In this document: positions 18,242 to 28,070 of the stretch, in pieces
How positions within the stretch are numbered: the stretch's first letter is position 1
Layout of the letters: each line of letters starts with the position of its first letter
Origin: Nitrososphaerota archaeon
GTDB taxonomy: Archaea > Thermoproteota > Nitrososphaeria > Nitrososphaerales > Gagatemarchaeaceae
NCBI GenBank assembly: GCA_027887045.1
Contig: JAPCJH010000002.1
Span: forward strand, 134,723-198,722
Reading direction: 5' to 3'
Length of the DNA stretch: 64,000 nt
Translations under genes and position numbers: made by a program
Notes under the pieces: model-generated
What the model saw: only the letters and a program-made list of their open reading frames with translations
Databases searched by the model: none
Told to the model about the DNA's origin: nothing

Positions 18242-18958
18242 ATGGTTATCGCAGTAATTGCTGGAAGCGGCATGGGAGGGAGGTTCGCCCTTCAAGAGAA
18301 GAGGATTGTGAAGACCGAATATGGGCAGGTTCTAACATACCACGCCATAATCGGAGCAAGGAAATTCTGGGTACTGCCGCGACACGGATTAGATCATGTC
18401 GTCCCCCCGCACAGAATCAACTACAGAGCCAACATCGCGGCGCTCCGGAAGCTTGGCGTGAAGAATGTCATTGCAACGAGCGCCGTGGGCTCTCTGAACC
18501 CCAAGTTCAGAGTGGGGGACCTCGGACTCGTTGAACAGTTTTTAGACTTCACCAAGAGCAGGGCATCGACATTTTTCGACGACAGAGTGGTCCACACCGA
18601 CATGACTCACCCTTACAATGCTCGGCTGAATCGGGAGATTCAAAAAACGGGTTCTGCCCTCGGGTTAGTGGTGCGTCCTGGACTGGTCTACGCTTGCGCC
18701 GAGGGCCCGCGGTTTGAGACCGCGGCAGAAATCAAGATGTACCGCTCGTTGGGAGCGGATGTCGTGGGTATGACCGGCGTGCCGGAGGTAGTGCTCGCAA
18801 ATGAGATCGGCTTGCGGTACTCCTCACTGGTCGTCGCCACCAACTCTGCCGCTGGAATCCAGGAAAGAGTAAAGCATGAGGAGGTCCTCACTGTGATGGA
18901 CAGAGCGGGCCCTAAGGTGAAACGACTGATCGAGAACACAATCACCAGAATCGATTGA
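18242..18958 (+). CDS. MTAP/purine-nucleoside phosphorylase family protein (second paralog)
   Basis: MVIAVIAGSGMGGRF...WVLPRHGLDHVVPPHRINYRANIAALRKLGVKNVIATSAVGSL...GMTGVPEVVLANEIGLRY. Confidence 0.8.
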   Translation: MVIAVIAGSGMGGRFALQEKRIVKTEYGQVLTYHAIIGARKFWVLPRHGLDHVVPPHRINYRANIAALRKLGVKNVIATSAVGSLNPKFRVGDLGLVEQFLDFTKSRASTFFDDRVVHTDMTHPYNARLNREIQKTGSALGLVVRPGLVYACAEGPRFETAAEIKMYRSLGADVVGMTGVPEVVLANEIGLRYSSLVVATNSAAGIQERVKHEEVLTVMDRAGPKVKRLIENTITRID

Positions 18959-18997
18959 GCTTAATTAGCTCCTGAGATGCACGCTTGACAAGCGCAG

Positions 18998-20227
18998 ATG
19001 TCAAAAATCGCAGACGCCAAACTCGCGAGTGAAGGCGAGAAGAACTTCAGGTGGGCGAGGGAGCACATGAATGCCCTCAATGCACTATCTGAGAAATACG
19101 GGAGAAAGAAACCTTTGCAAGGCGTTGTCCTCGGCGTGTGCCTGCACGTAACAAAGGAGACGTCGGTCCTCATAGACACGCTCCTGAAGGCCGGAGCGGA
19201 TGTTCGGCTAGCCGGAGCGAACCCGCTTTCGACGCAGGATGACATCGCCGCCTATCTCGCGACTCGGACAGAAGTGTGGGCGTGGAGGGGGCAATCCGCA
19301 GAAGAGTACAACTGGTGCATCAAGAAGGTGCTAGAAGGCAAACCGTCCCAACTCATCGATGATGGCGCCGACCTCCACGTTGCAGCGACTAGAGCGAGAA
19401 CGCGGATAGTGGGTGGCTCCGAAGAGACCACCACGGGTGTCGTAAGAGTTCGTGCGTTGGAGAAGGAAGGGAAGCTCAGGTATCCCATCATCGCGGTCAA
19501 TGACGCCCAGACGAAGTTCCTCTTTGACAACAGATACGGGACGGGGCAAAGCACGATCGATGGGATTCTCAGATCCACCGCGTTGCTCCTGGCCGGAAAA
19601 AGAATCGTGGTGGTCGGCTATGGATGGGTTGGGAAGGGAGTGGCCAAGAGGGCTAGGGGAATGGACGCCAAGGTCACGGTCGTCGAAGTGGATCCCATCA
19701 AGGCAATAGAAGCCCATCTCGACGGTTTTGAGGTTACGAATATACTGGACGCGGCGCGGAGAGGGGAGATCTTCATCACGTGCACTGGGCAGAAGAACGT
19801 CGTGCCCTACTCAGCGATCGAGAAGATGAACGACGGAGCGATTCTCGCTAACGCGGGGCACTTCGACGTCGAGATCGACGTGAAGACCCTGCTTTCAAAG
19901 TCAAAGGCCGTACGCCAGGCAAGACCTCACGTGGATGAAGTCATTCTCCAAAACGGGAAGAAGGTGTTCCTAGTCGGGAAGGGGAGGATCGCGAACCTCG
20001 TCGCCGCGGAAGGGCACCCTCCGGAAGTGATGCAGATGTCCTTCGCAAACCAGTTCCTGGCCGCCCTCTATCTGAGGAAAAACCACACGAAGATGGAAAA
20101 CCACGTCTACGGCGTCCCGGAGGAGATAGAGAAAGAAATCGCTTACTCAACCCTCGATTCGCTCGGGATAGTCATAAGTGAACCCACAGAAGAACAGACC
20201 GCGTACGCCCAGAGCTGGGCTCTCTGA
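18998..20227 (+). CDS. ahcY: S-adenosyl-L-homocysteine hydrolase
   Basis: NAD-binding VVVGYGWVGKGVAKRARGMDAKVTVVEVDPIKA. Further motifs DDGADLH, TGVVRV and GHFDVEIDV. 409 aa. Confidence 0.9.
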   Translation: MSKIADAKLASEGEKNFRWAREHMNALNALSEKYGRKKPLQGVVLGVCLHVTKETSVLIDTLLKAGADVRLAGANPLSTQDDIAAYLATRTEVWAWRGQSAEEYNWCIKKVLEGKPSQLIDDGADLHVAATRARTRIVGGSEETTTGVVRVRALEKEGKLRYPIIAVNDAQTKFLFDNRYGTGQSTIDGILRSTALLLAGKRIVVVGYGWVGKGVAKRARGMDAKVTVVEVDPIKAIEAHLDGFEVTNILDAARRGEIFITCTGQKNVVPYSAIEKMNDGAILANAGHFDVEIDVKTLLSKSKAVRQARPHVDEVILQNGKKVFLVGKGRIANLVAAEGHPPEVMQMSFANQFLAALYLRKNHTKMENHVYGVPEEIEKEIAYSTLDSLGIVISEPTEEQTAYAQSWAL

Positions 20228-20265
20228 AAGAAAACTTCAACTAGAGAGAGGCCATCTGATCACGT

Positions 20266-22020
20266 GTGGCTGAAAAGGCTAAGAAAAAACGCATTTTAGT
20301 ATTGTGCGCGCTCCCTTACACGAACGCGATTCCCCACGTAGGGAACATGGCGGGTTCCCACCTCCCCGCGGATATCTTTGCCAGATATTGTAGGCTAAGA
20401 GGATACGAGACGCTGTTCGTCGGCGGGACCGACGAAAACGGGACCCCCACGGAGGTGGCGGCGCTCGAGCTTAAAGCGACTCCGCGGGAACTCACAGACG
20501 CGCTATACGCCGTCCAAAAGCGAATCTACGATTGGTTTGAGATTTCGTACGACAACTTTTCTCGCACCTCTAGGCCCATTCACCACAGGACCACCCAAGA
20601 ATTCTTTCTGAGGATCTACGGGAAAGGGTTCGTCTCTAAAGGCGTATTGAGGATGCCCTACTGCGAAAAGGATAGACTCTTCCTTCCGGACAGGTACGTC
20701 GAGGGGACCTGCCCCGTGTGTGGTTACGAACACGCGCGGGGAGACCAGTGCGAACACTGCTCTAGCCTCCTAGATTCCGACCAATTGATCAACCCGCGCT
20801 GCAAGATAGACGGGAGCGTCCCCGTGTTCAGGGACACCAAGCATCTCTTCCTCGAACTCGGGAAGCTCCAGAGCAAACTCGAAAAGTGGATCAAGAGCGA
20901 GAAGAGGTGGAGGCGTCAGGTCTCATCGCTGGCTCTTGGGTGGATCAAAGAAGGCCTGAAGAAGAGGAGCATCACCCGTGACCTGAAATGGGGAGTCCCG
21001 GTTCCCTTGGACGGGTATCGAGACAAGGTCTTCTATGTGTGGTTCGATGCGCCTATCGGATACATTTCTTCGACCAGAGAGTGGGCCGCAAAAAAGGGAA
21101 GGCCGCAGGCCTGGAAGAGGTTTTGGCTCGATGACAAGGCCAAGATTTACAATTTTCTGGGGAAGGACAACATCCCGTTCCACACGATTTTCTGGCCGGG
21201 AATGCTGATAGCCCACGGAGATTACAACCTACCGTACGACGTCGTGGGATATCAGTTTGTGAACTATGAAGGGGACAAGTTCTCAAAGAGCAGGAATTGG
21301 GGGATCTTCTGTGAACGCGTCGTAGAATCCGAACTCAGACCCGACGTCTGGAGGTACTACCTGACCTACCTGATCCCCGAGACGAAGGATAGCGAGTTCA
21401 AGTGGGAGGACTTCGAGAGCAGGGTGAACAACGAGCTGGTCGCTAACCTTGGGAACTTCGTCCACAGGACTCTGACCTTCGCGTGGAATAATTTCGGGGG
21501 GGTTGTCAGGACCCCTAAGTACGGGGAGCGCGAAAAGAACCTGGAAGGAAGGGTCGATGAGCAACTAAATCGGGTGGAGAGATGTCTCGACGAAGTAAAA
21601 CTTCGCGACGCTTTGACCGGAGTGCTGGCAATCGCAGGTCTGGGAAACGAGTATTTCCAGAGTAGCGAGCCGTGGGTACTCATCAAGAAGGACAGGGAAA
21701 GCTGCGAGAAGGTCATTTCCTTCTGCCTTCACCTCTGCAGGAAGCTTTCTGTGGTCCTTGCACCCTACACTCCGGAAGCAGCCGGTAGGATTGCATCGAT
21801 GCTAGGTCTGAGGGAAATACCCAGCTGGGACGAGATTTCGACCCGGAAAGACGAATTTCACGTTTTGAAGCCGGAGATACTGTTCAAAAAACTGGACGAG
21901 ACAGAGCTGGAGAGGGTGAGGTCGGTCGTGACGAAGAGCTACGACCTGAAAGAAATCTTCGCCGGTAGGAGGACTCAGTCGCACGGGACGAGCATTTCGA
22001 GCCCCCCCGGAAGCGAGTAG
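20266..22020 (+). CDS. metG: Methionyl-tRNA synthetase
   Basis: HIGH-region PYTNAIPHVGNMAGS. Zinc knuckle CPVCGYEH...CEHC. KMSKS variant KFSKSRNWGI. An anticodon-binding region follows. The 3' end overlaps the ftsZ-like gene by about 45 nt. Confidence 0.9.
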   Translation: MAEKAKKKRILVLCALPYTNAIPHVGNMAGSHLPADIFARYCRLRGYETLFVGGTDENGTPTEVAALELKATPRELTDALYAVQKRIYDWFEISYDNFSRTSRPIHHRTTQEFFLRIYGKGFVSKGVLRMPYCEKDRLFLPDRYVEGTCPVCGYEHARGDQCEHCSSLLDSDQLINPRCKIDGSVPVFRDTKHLFLELGKLQSKLEKWIKSEKRWRRQVSSLALGWIKEGLKKRSITRDLKWGVPVPLDGYRDKVFYVWFDAPIGYISSTREWAAKKGRPQAWKRFWLDDKAKIYNFLGKDNIPFHTIFWPGMLIAHGDYNLPYDVVGYQFVNYEGDKFSKSRNWGIFCERVVESELRPDVWRYYLTYLIPETKDSEFKWEDFESRVNNELVANLGNFVHRTLTFAWNNFGGVVRTPKYGEREKNLEGRVDEQLNRVERCLDEVKLRDALTGVLAIAGLGNEYFQSSEPWVLIKKDRESCEKVISFCLHLCRKLSVVLAPYTPEAAGRIASMLGLREIPSWDEISTRKDEFHVLKPEILFKKLDETELERVRSVVTKSYDLKEIFAGRRTQSHGTSISSPPGSE

Positions 22021-23051
22021 TCCATCTCGTCGTCGATTACGTTCTTTCCGAACACCTTTGCGAGAGGGTCATAATCGTCGTACTTCGTAGTCTTGAAGCC
22101 AGATGCGAGCAGACTGACCTGCAGCTGAGAGGTTCCGGCATAATTGACCCCATACTCCACGTCCACAGCCTGGTTGTTCATCATGGGGCCGAGGCGTCTT
22201 ACAGCGAGACCGACTTCGGTTCCTGATAGCGAGGCGTCGCCCGTCAGCAGCACGACGGCATGATTCGCTTCTCTCGCCTCGGCGATCTTGCTTATCGAAA
22301 TTACCGCGCCCGCTAGCGCCTCTTCGGTCTTGTCTGTGGAGCTAGAACGTGCCAACCCCAGAAGGGTGTACCCGTCCTGGAGGACCGATCCCAGCACCTT
22401 GTTCAGGGCTACCGGGACGTCGGATTCGGCTGGTTTCGCGAAGATCGACGTGAGGGCCCTTACGGCCTCGCCGTTCGCCATCTTGTAGATGTCCGTGAGC
22501 GAGTCTTCCGGGGAAGACTTCAGGAGGATATCGTTATCGATCACTATCACGCCCTCCGCTGCTGCCCTGAACCGTTTCAGGGAGACTCCAGCATAGAACT
22601 TCAGCTTCTTCTCGAATTCGAAGGGCATAACGGCGACCCCGATCGTCGTGGCGCCCTCGTCCTGGGCGAGTTTTGCGACAACCGGGGCTAGACCCGTCCC
22701 CGTCGCGCCGCCGAGACCAGCGATAACAAAAACGACGCGGGAACCCCGAAGAATCTTTCTAATTCGTCCCTGGGCCGCGATCGAGAGGCCTCTCACCATA
22801 GAGGGGGTAAGCTTCTGGTCGACGGGAGACTCGAGGAGGATTTTCTCACCCTCTCCTACGAATTCGAAGTCGTTCTCGTCGCAGGACAGATAGGCGTACC
22901 TGGAAACCGGCAGGGATTCTCTACTCAAGAGCGAGACGATTCTGCTCCCGGCGCTTCCGATTCCTACCGCGACGGAGTCGCGTGTTGAAGATTTTTGAGT
23001 CAAACTTTGGGTCGGTGCCCTTATGGTGTCGTGGATATACAAGGCCATCAA
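21975..23051 (-). CDS. FtsZ/tubulin-family GTPase (FtsZ-like)
   Basis: GIGSAGSRIV (G-box). FVIAGLGGATGTGLAPVVAKLA (tubulin signature GGGTGTG). IGVAVMPFEFEKKLK (T5/T6 region). VIVIDNDILL (T7 NDxLL). Confidence 0.75.
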   Translation of the reverse strand: MMALYIHDTIRAPTQSLTQKSSTRDSVAVGIGSAGSRIVSLLSRESLPVSRYAYLSCDENDFEFVGEGEKILLESPVDQKLTPSMVRGLSIAAQGRIRKILRGSRVVFVIAGLGGATGTGLAPVVAKLAQDEGATTIGVAVMPFEFEKKLKFYAGVSLKRFRAAAEGVIVIDNDILLKSSPEDSLTDIYKMANGEAVRALTSIFAKPAESDVPVALNKVLGSVLQDGYTLLGLARSSSTDKTEEALAGAVISISKIAEAREANHAVVLLTGDASLSGTEVGLAVRRLGPMMNNQAVDVEYGVNYAGTSQLQVSLLASGFKTTKYDDYDPLAKVFGKNVIDDEMDYSLPGGLEMLVPCD

Positions 23052-23116
23052 CTAAAACAGTAAACACTCTGTCAAATTTTTGTTCACCTGACGAGGTTAC
23101 GAAGGTCTCGAACGCC

Positions 23117-23440
23117 TTACGTCGGTGACTTTTCCCTGTTTACCAGCTTGTTGACAAGTTCGTCTTGCATGTGACCGCTGCACTCGACCGTGACGTGCTT
23201 TACTCCATCGACCGACATGCCTGCGTCCCTGATGCCCCGTCCCATGTTGACGGCCAGAGGGCTGCACGGAGAGAGCGGAGAAAACTGGATCCGAAAATTG
23301 CCGTCGGGGGTTTCTGAGACCTCCGTTATGACGTTCAGTTCCCCGAGCTTTCTCGACGTCTCTTCTTCTATGACCTCGTTGATCTTTACCGTCACTTTCT
23401 GGGTGAGCTCGCTCGGCAACGATTTCATGAATGTGTCCAA
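23117..23440 (-). CDS. DUF59/MIP18-family protein (Fe-S assembly-associated), putative
   Basis: ...NFRIQFSPLSPCSPLAVNMGRGIRDAGMSVDGVKHVTVECSGHMQ resembles the DUF59 pattern (TLTSPGCP...V.V.L). Confidence 0.45.
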   Translation of the reverse strand: MDTFMKSLPSELTQKVTVKINEVIEEETSRKLGELNVITEVSETPDGNFRIQFSPLSPCSPLAVNMGRGIRDAGMSVDGVKHVTVECSGHMQDELVNKLVNREKSPT

Positions 23441-23467
23441 TTCGGTATAAGACCTTTTGCCGAGGGT

Positions 23468-24946
23468 TCACCACTTGACCTTCAGCGTGGTGGGGTGGGA
23501 AGCCTTCACTTCGTCAATCTTACCTACGCTCGTGTTTGTTGGCACGTCCCCAAGGGAACCGTCGCGCACTCGCAGGGCAATCTCGTTCATAGCCGACGCG
23601 TATTCTTCCAGGACTTCTACGGGTTCTGACTCGGTCGGTTCAATCATCAGTGCCTCGTTCACTATCAGCGGGAAGTACACGGTCGGAGAGTGCATCCCGT
23701 AATCGAGGATCGCTTTCGCGACCTTCATCGCGGTCCCGGGGAGTTCTCCCTTGGCCGAGACGACCGCCTCGTGCTTCCGCCGAAGGTCCTTGCCGTGCGT
23801 GACCGGGTACGCGCCTGGGTCGAGCAGCTTCCAGAGGTAGTTCGCGGCAAGGACTGCGAGCGTGGATACGTTGTTTAGCCCCTCTGCCCCGAGAAGCTGA
23901 GTATAGGCATACGCCCTCACCAACACAGCTGAATTTCCCACGTGTCCTTTCAGCCTCCCTATCGAGTGCGGGAGCTTGGAGTCCAAGTAGTACCCGCGCG
24001 AGTTCCTGGATACGACCGGGACGGGTAGATAGTCCCGGAGCTTCTTGACGACCCCGACCGGCCCCGCGCCCGGACCACCTCCGCCATGAGGGGTCGCGAA
24101 GGTCTTGTGCAGATTGAGGTGCACAACGTCGAAGCCCATGTCTCCCGGCCTCGCCTTCCCCAGTAGCGCATTCATGTTCGCACCGTCATAATACATGAGA
24201 CCCCCTCCTTCGTGCACCGCTCTGCAAACCTCTGCGACCTCGCTTTCGAAGAGGCCGAGCGTATTTGGGACCGTAAACATCATCCCGGCGGTTCTCCTGG
24301 TGACGAGCCTCTCCACCGTCTTCGCGCGTACCAACCCCGATTCGTCCGAGGGAACCTTGACGACCTTGAACCCCGCCATCACAGCGCTCGCGGGGTTGCT
24401 TCCATGTGCGGAATCAGGAACCAGGATCTCGTCCTTGTCGGAGAAACCCGCGTCCCTGAGGAATTTCCTGATCATGAGCACCCCGGCGAATTCCCCCTGA
24501 GCGCCCGCGGCGGTAGAGAGCGAGAATCGATTCATCCCCGTCACTTCGCTCAGCGTTTCTGAGAGCTCGTAGAAGATCGACAGGAGGCCTTGTACCGTCT
24601 CCTCGGGTTGGAGTGGGTGCGCTTGCCTCAACCCATCGGCTGACGAGATCATTTCGGAGACTTTTGGATTATACTTCATCGTACAGCTACCCAGAGGGTA
24701 CATGCCGAGCTCGACCGAGAAGTTCATTTGCGAGAGGCGGTTGAAGTGCCTGAGGACCTGCAATTCCGAAAGCTCAGGGAGCTTAAGCCCCTTTGTTTTC
24801 AACGAGTCGGGGACAAACCGTCCCGGATCGCGCACGGACTTCCCTATCTTTGGGTCCAGGGGTGGAAGAAAACCGACGCGCCCTCTGCGACTCATCTCCT
24901 TTAGAAGCGGCTCGTCCCATCGCGCTTGTCTGAACTTTGGTGGCAA
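23468..24946 (-). CDS. gcvPB: Glycine dehydrogenase (decarboxylating) subunit 2 (P-protein C-terminal half)
   Basis: LGSCTMKYNPKV. PLP-binding region HLNLHKTFATPHGGGGPG. 492 aa. Confidence 0.9.
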   Translation of the reverse strand: MPPKFRQARWDEPLLKEMSRRGRVGFLPPLDPKIGKSVRDPGRFVPDSLKTKGLKLPELSELQVLRHFNRLSQMNFSVELGMYPLGSCTMKYNPKVSEMISSADGLRQAHPLQPEETVQGLLSIFYELSETLSEVTGMNRFSLSTAAGAQGEFAGVLMIRKFLRDAGFSDKDEILVPDSAHGSNPASAVMAGFKVVKVPSDESGLVRAKTVERLVTRRTAGMMFTVPNTLGLFESEVAEVCRAVHEGGGLMYYDGANMNALLGKARPGDMGFDVVHLNLHKTFATPHGGGGPGAGPVGVVKKLRDYLPVPVVSRNSRGYYLDSKLPHSIGRLKGHVGNSAVLVRAYAYTQLLGAEGLNNVSTLAVLAANYLWKLLDPGAYPVTHGKDLRRKHEAVVSAKGELPGTAMKVAKAILDYGMHSPTVYFPLIVNEALMIEPTESEPVEVLEEYASAMNEIALRVRDGSLGDVPTNTSVGKIDEVKASHPTTLKVKW

Positions 24947-24949
24947 AAT

Positions 24950-26331
24950 TCAGAGGACCTCCTCTATGGCCTCTGCCAGGCTTTCGATGTCTTCAGCCGT
25001 GTGGACTTCGGTGACGCAGTAGAGCCCCGCCTGCCCCGCCCCGAACTTCGCGTCGAGGGGATAACCGGCCAGGAACCCAATCTTTGCGAGCTTGCGATAG
25101 ACAGAGGTGGCGTTCGTTCCCCTCGGATATCCGACCACGAATTCTTTGAAGAACGAACCCCCGTAAGCGGGAACTGATAACCCCTTGATTTTTGCTAAGC
25201 GTTTCACAGCGTAGTGAGAATTGGATATTATGACCTCACCCAGCTTCCTGAATCCGCTCTTCCCCAAGAGTGCCAGATACGCCGAGGCAGCGATAGCCAT
25301 TAGCGACTGGTTCGTGCAGATGTTAGAGGTTGCGGACTCCCGCCTGATGTGTTGCTCGCGGGTCTGGAGAACCATCGAAAAGGCCCTCTTAGAAGAGTCC
25401 TTCGTCGTCGTGGCGCCTATCAGCCTACCTGGCATGCTCCTGGCGAGCTTCAGGTCGCGGACGGCGAATATCCCGAGGTGGGGGCCCCCATAGTTCATCG
25501 GGATCCCCAGAGGTTGCCCCTCCCCTACAACGATATCCACGCCGAAGTCTCCCGGGGCGCGAAGAAGTGACATAGAAACGGGGTCGACCCCGACAACCGC
25601 GAGACCCTTTTTCCGATGGATTTCTTCTACGACCTCTCCAATCTCCTCTTCCAGAACTCCGAGATAGTTCGGGTTCTCAAGGTAGATTCCTGCCACGTCC
25701 TGGTCGATAAGTGACAAGGCCCTGTCAACATCCACCCTTCCAGTCGAATGGTCGAAGGGAACGCTCTCGAGCTCCAAATTCAGAGGTTCGACGTAGCTTC
25801 TGATCACTTCCAGCGTGTGAGGAGCGATGTTTTCTGCGACGAGGAACTTGCGTCTCCCCGTGACGCGGACAGCCATCCTGGCCGCCTCCGCAGCGGCCGA
25901 TGCCCAGTCGTACATCGAGCTGTTGCATGCTTCCATCCCCAGCAGGTCTGACATCAAGCTCTGATACTCGAAGAGCCCTTGGAGCATGCCTTGGCTAATC
26001 TCTGGTTGGTAGGGCGTGTAGCTGGTGTAAAATTCCTGGCGCGAAACTATCGATTCCACGACCGCCGGAATGTAGTGCGGCCATACACCTCCACCCAGGA
26101 AGCACAGTGAGGACGGAGGAGTTCTTCCCGTCGCGAGCCTCGACGACAAGTCTCGACGTACGGTAGATTCGGGTTGACCTGGAGGGATCCTCAGGCCCCG
26201 GTTCAGGCGCACGTTCTCCGGAATGTCGGAGAAGAGTTCGTCAATCGACCTAGCGCCGATTCGTTCCAGCATCATGGAGACGATTTCGTCGTCGAGGTTG
26301 GGAAGAAGGGGATGAGACCCGGGCAATTTTG
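24950..26331 (-). CDS. gcvPA: Glycine dehydrogenase (decarboxylating) subunit 1 (P-protein N-terminal half)
   Basis: HPLLPNLDDEIVSMMLERIGARSIDELFSDIP matches the typical GcvPA N-terminus. I propose a GTG start at 26331 (MSTTKLPGSHPLLPN) rather than the GTG at 26452 used by the track. The track start would overlap the divergent gene. Confidence 0.8.
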
Positions 26332-26369
26332 TTGTGCTCACCGACCAACAAGAAACGGTTAAAATAAGT

Positions 26370-28064
26370 ATGGATTCTGGTTCGCCTCGTAAAGACTTGA
26401 AGAAGTCGTTAATCTTAGCCGTAGCTCTTTTGCTCTTCCTCTTCTCAACCACAGGGGGGACGTCAGCTCAGACTCCGGGTGCACCTACGATAAACGTGTC
26501 GAGCCAGTTTTTCGTGTCGAGCTACGGTTTCGCCGTGATGAACGAGACGGTTACTTTCAACAATACTGGAACCACCGCGGTGCAGATCCCGTCGTTACAG
26601 TTGGGCTTCCCGGCTTCGGTCGCTTCCAGGCTCGTGGGTAACTACACCCTGACCGGGACAGGATACACCGTGTCCGCCTCCACTTCTAACGGCTCGATCA
26701 GCTACGCGGTCTCTAGTTCGCTCGGCCAGCTTCAGGCCGGGGCTTCGAGTGCCTTCTCCCTGAAGGCGGTAATGCAGAACCTCGTCAGTTTGGTGAACGG
26801 CAGCACTGTTGGCGTCCTCCTTGTCGGATATCCTTCCGTGAACGTGAAGGTAGACTCCCTGAAATCCACCATTCAGATGCCTTCTTTGGCCTCGTTGGCT
26901 ACCCCGCCCGCGGGTTATACCCCGGTCAGCGGCTCGGGGGTACCCGTCTACAGGATCTCCTTGACGGAATTCGGTCCGGGGCCAGCCCTCGTGACGACGG
27001 CGGCCCTGCAGGCGAGCGGCGCTTCGGCACTGACGCCCGTGCACGTCTTCGTCGCTTCGAGGACGATAACAGCGACAGGGAACGGGAAACCGCAAATTCA
27101 GGATTACGTCAATTTGAAGAATACGGGGACATCCGCCATAAGCAGCCTCAAGCTGGCGCTACTACTGGGCAACACGGGACAGGTCACAGTCGTATCCAAT
27201 GGATACCCCCCTCTTTTGAACCCGAAGATAGTCGGCCTGTCGAACGGCGCGATAGATCTGACCGCGGCCCCCTTCAGTTCGAGCCTGAAGGCGGGCTCGA
27301 ACCTCACTGTGACCATGGTGTACGACCTCCCGTCCACGTACTTCTCGGTCTCGGGCGGACAGATATCCGTGAACATACCCACTAAGCCGCCGATAGCCGC
27401 GCCCGTGGACACCTACACCATTTCCATGTCCCTCCCCACCGGTATCCGCTCGGGCCAAGGACAGCCCCAAGTCTTCCAGCCCGCGTTACCCCTTGCTCAG
27501 GGAACGGCGAGCCTCTCCTACAGCATTACCCTCGGGTTTGCGGCCGATAGGGCGATACCTGCGGCGTCGGTCGTCTTCCTCATTGTGCTGATCGGGCTGT
27601 ACGTGAGCAGGGCCAAGACCGGGGGGGCCGAAGAAGAGGGGACTATCTCCGAGCAGGCTGCGGACATGATCAAGGCGTTCGAGGAGAAGACCGACCTGGT
27701 CAACTCCATGTTCGACCAGATACGGGCGGAGGAAGCGAGCAACCTCAACAAGGCGTACTTCGACGAGATTCGACAGAGGATAGGCACTTTCAGGGGCAGG
27801 GCCCTGCAGCGCCTGAATGAGGCGAAACAGAAGTCCTCGAGCAAACCCTTCCTGGACCTCCTCGTCCATATCAACGAGGTCGAGAAGGAGGTCGACAGGG
27901 CGACGAAGGATCTGCTGAACCTCTACGAGCAGTATTACACGAAGCGGATGAGGCAGGAGACGTTCGAGAACCTTCTGCCGAACTACAGGAAGAGGTATGA
28001 CGCCTCACTGAATCACCTCTCCGATCAGTTGAACCTCGCGCAGAAAGAAGCGAAGCTCCAGTAA
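26370..28064 (+). CDS. Surface-anchored secreted protein (signal peptide, Thr/Ser/Val-rich ectodomain, C-terminal TM + charged coiled-coil tail)
   Basis: MDSGSPRKDLKKSLILAVALLLFLFSTTGGTSAQ signal peptide. Long beta-rich T/S/V region. ...AASVVFLIVLIGLYVSRAK TM helix, then a K/E/R-rich tail. No enzymatic motif. Confidence 0.45.
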   Translation: MDSGSPRKDLKKSLILAVALLLFLFSTTGGTSAQTPGAPTINVSSQFFVSSYGFAVMNETVTFNNTGTTAVQIPSLQLGFPASVASRLVGNYTLTGTGYTVSASTSNGSISYAVSSSLGQLQAGASSAFSLKAVMQNLVSLVNGSTVGVLLVGYPSVNVKVDSLKSTIQMPSLASLATPPAGYTPVSGSGVPVYRISLTEFGPGPALVTTAALQASGASALTPVHVFVASRTITATGNGKPQIQDYVNLKNTGTSAISSLKLALLLGNTGQVTVVSNGYPPLLNPKIVGLSNGAIDLTAAPFSSSLKAGSNLTVTMVYDLPSTYFSVSGGQISVNIPTKPPIAAPVDTYTISMSLPTGIRSGQGQPQVFQPALPLAQGTASLSYSITLGFAADRAIPAASVVFLIVLIGLYVSRAKTGGAEEEGTISEQAADMIKAFEEKTDLVNSMFDQIRAEEASNLNKAYFDEIRQRIGTFRGRALQRLNEAKQKSSSKPFLDLLVHINEVEKEVDRATKDLLNLYEQYYTKRMRQETFENLLPNYRKRYDASLNHLSDQLNLAQKEAKLQ

Positions 28065-28070
28065 GCACGC

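Noticed and set aside
26334-26452. Overlap between track start of gcvPA (26452) and the surface-protein ORF (26334)
   Set aside because: GcvPA homology begins at …HPLLPNLDDEI, and an in-frame GTG at 26331 precedes it. The surface protein's signal peptide begins at Met 26370. The 120-nt antisense overlap is most likely an artefact of choosing the longest ORFs.
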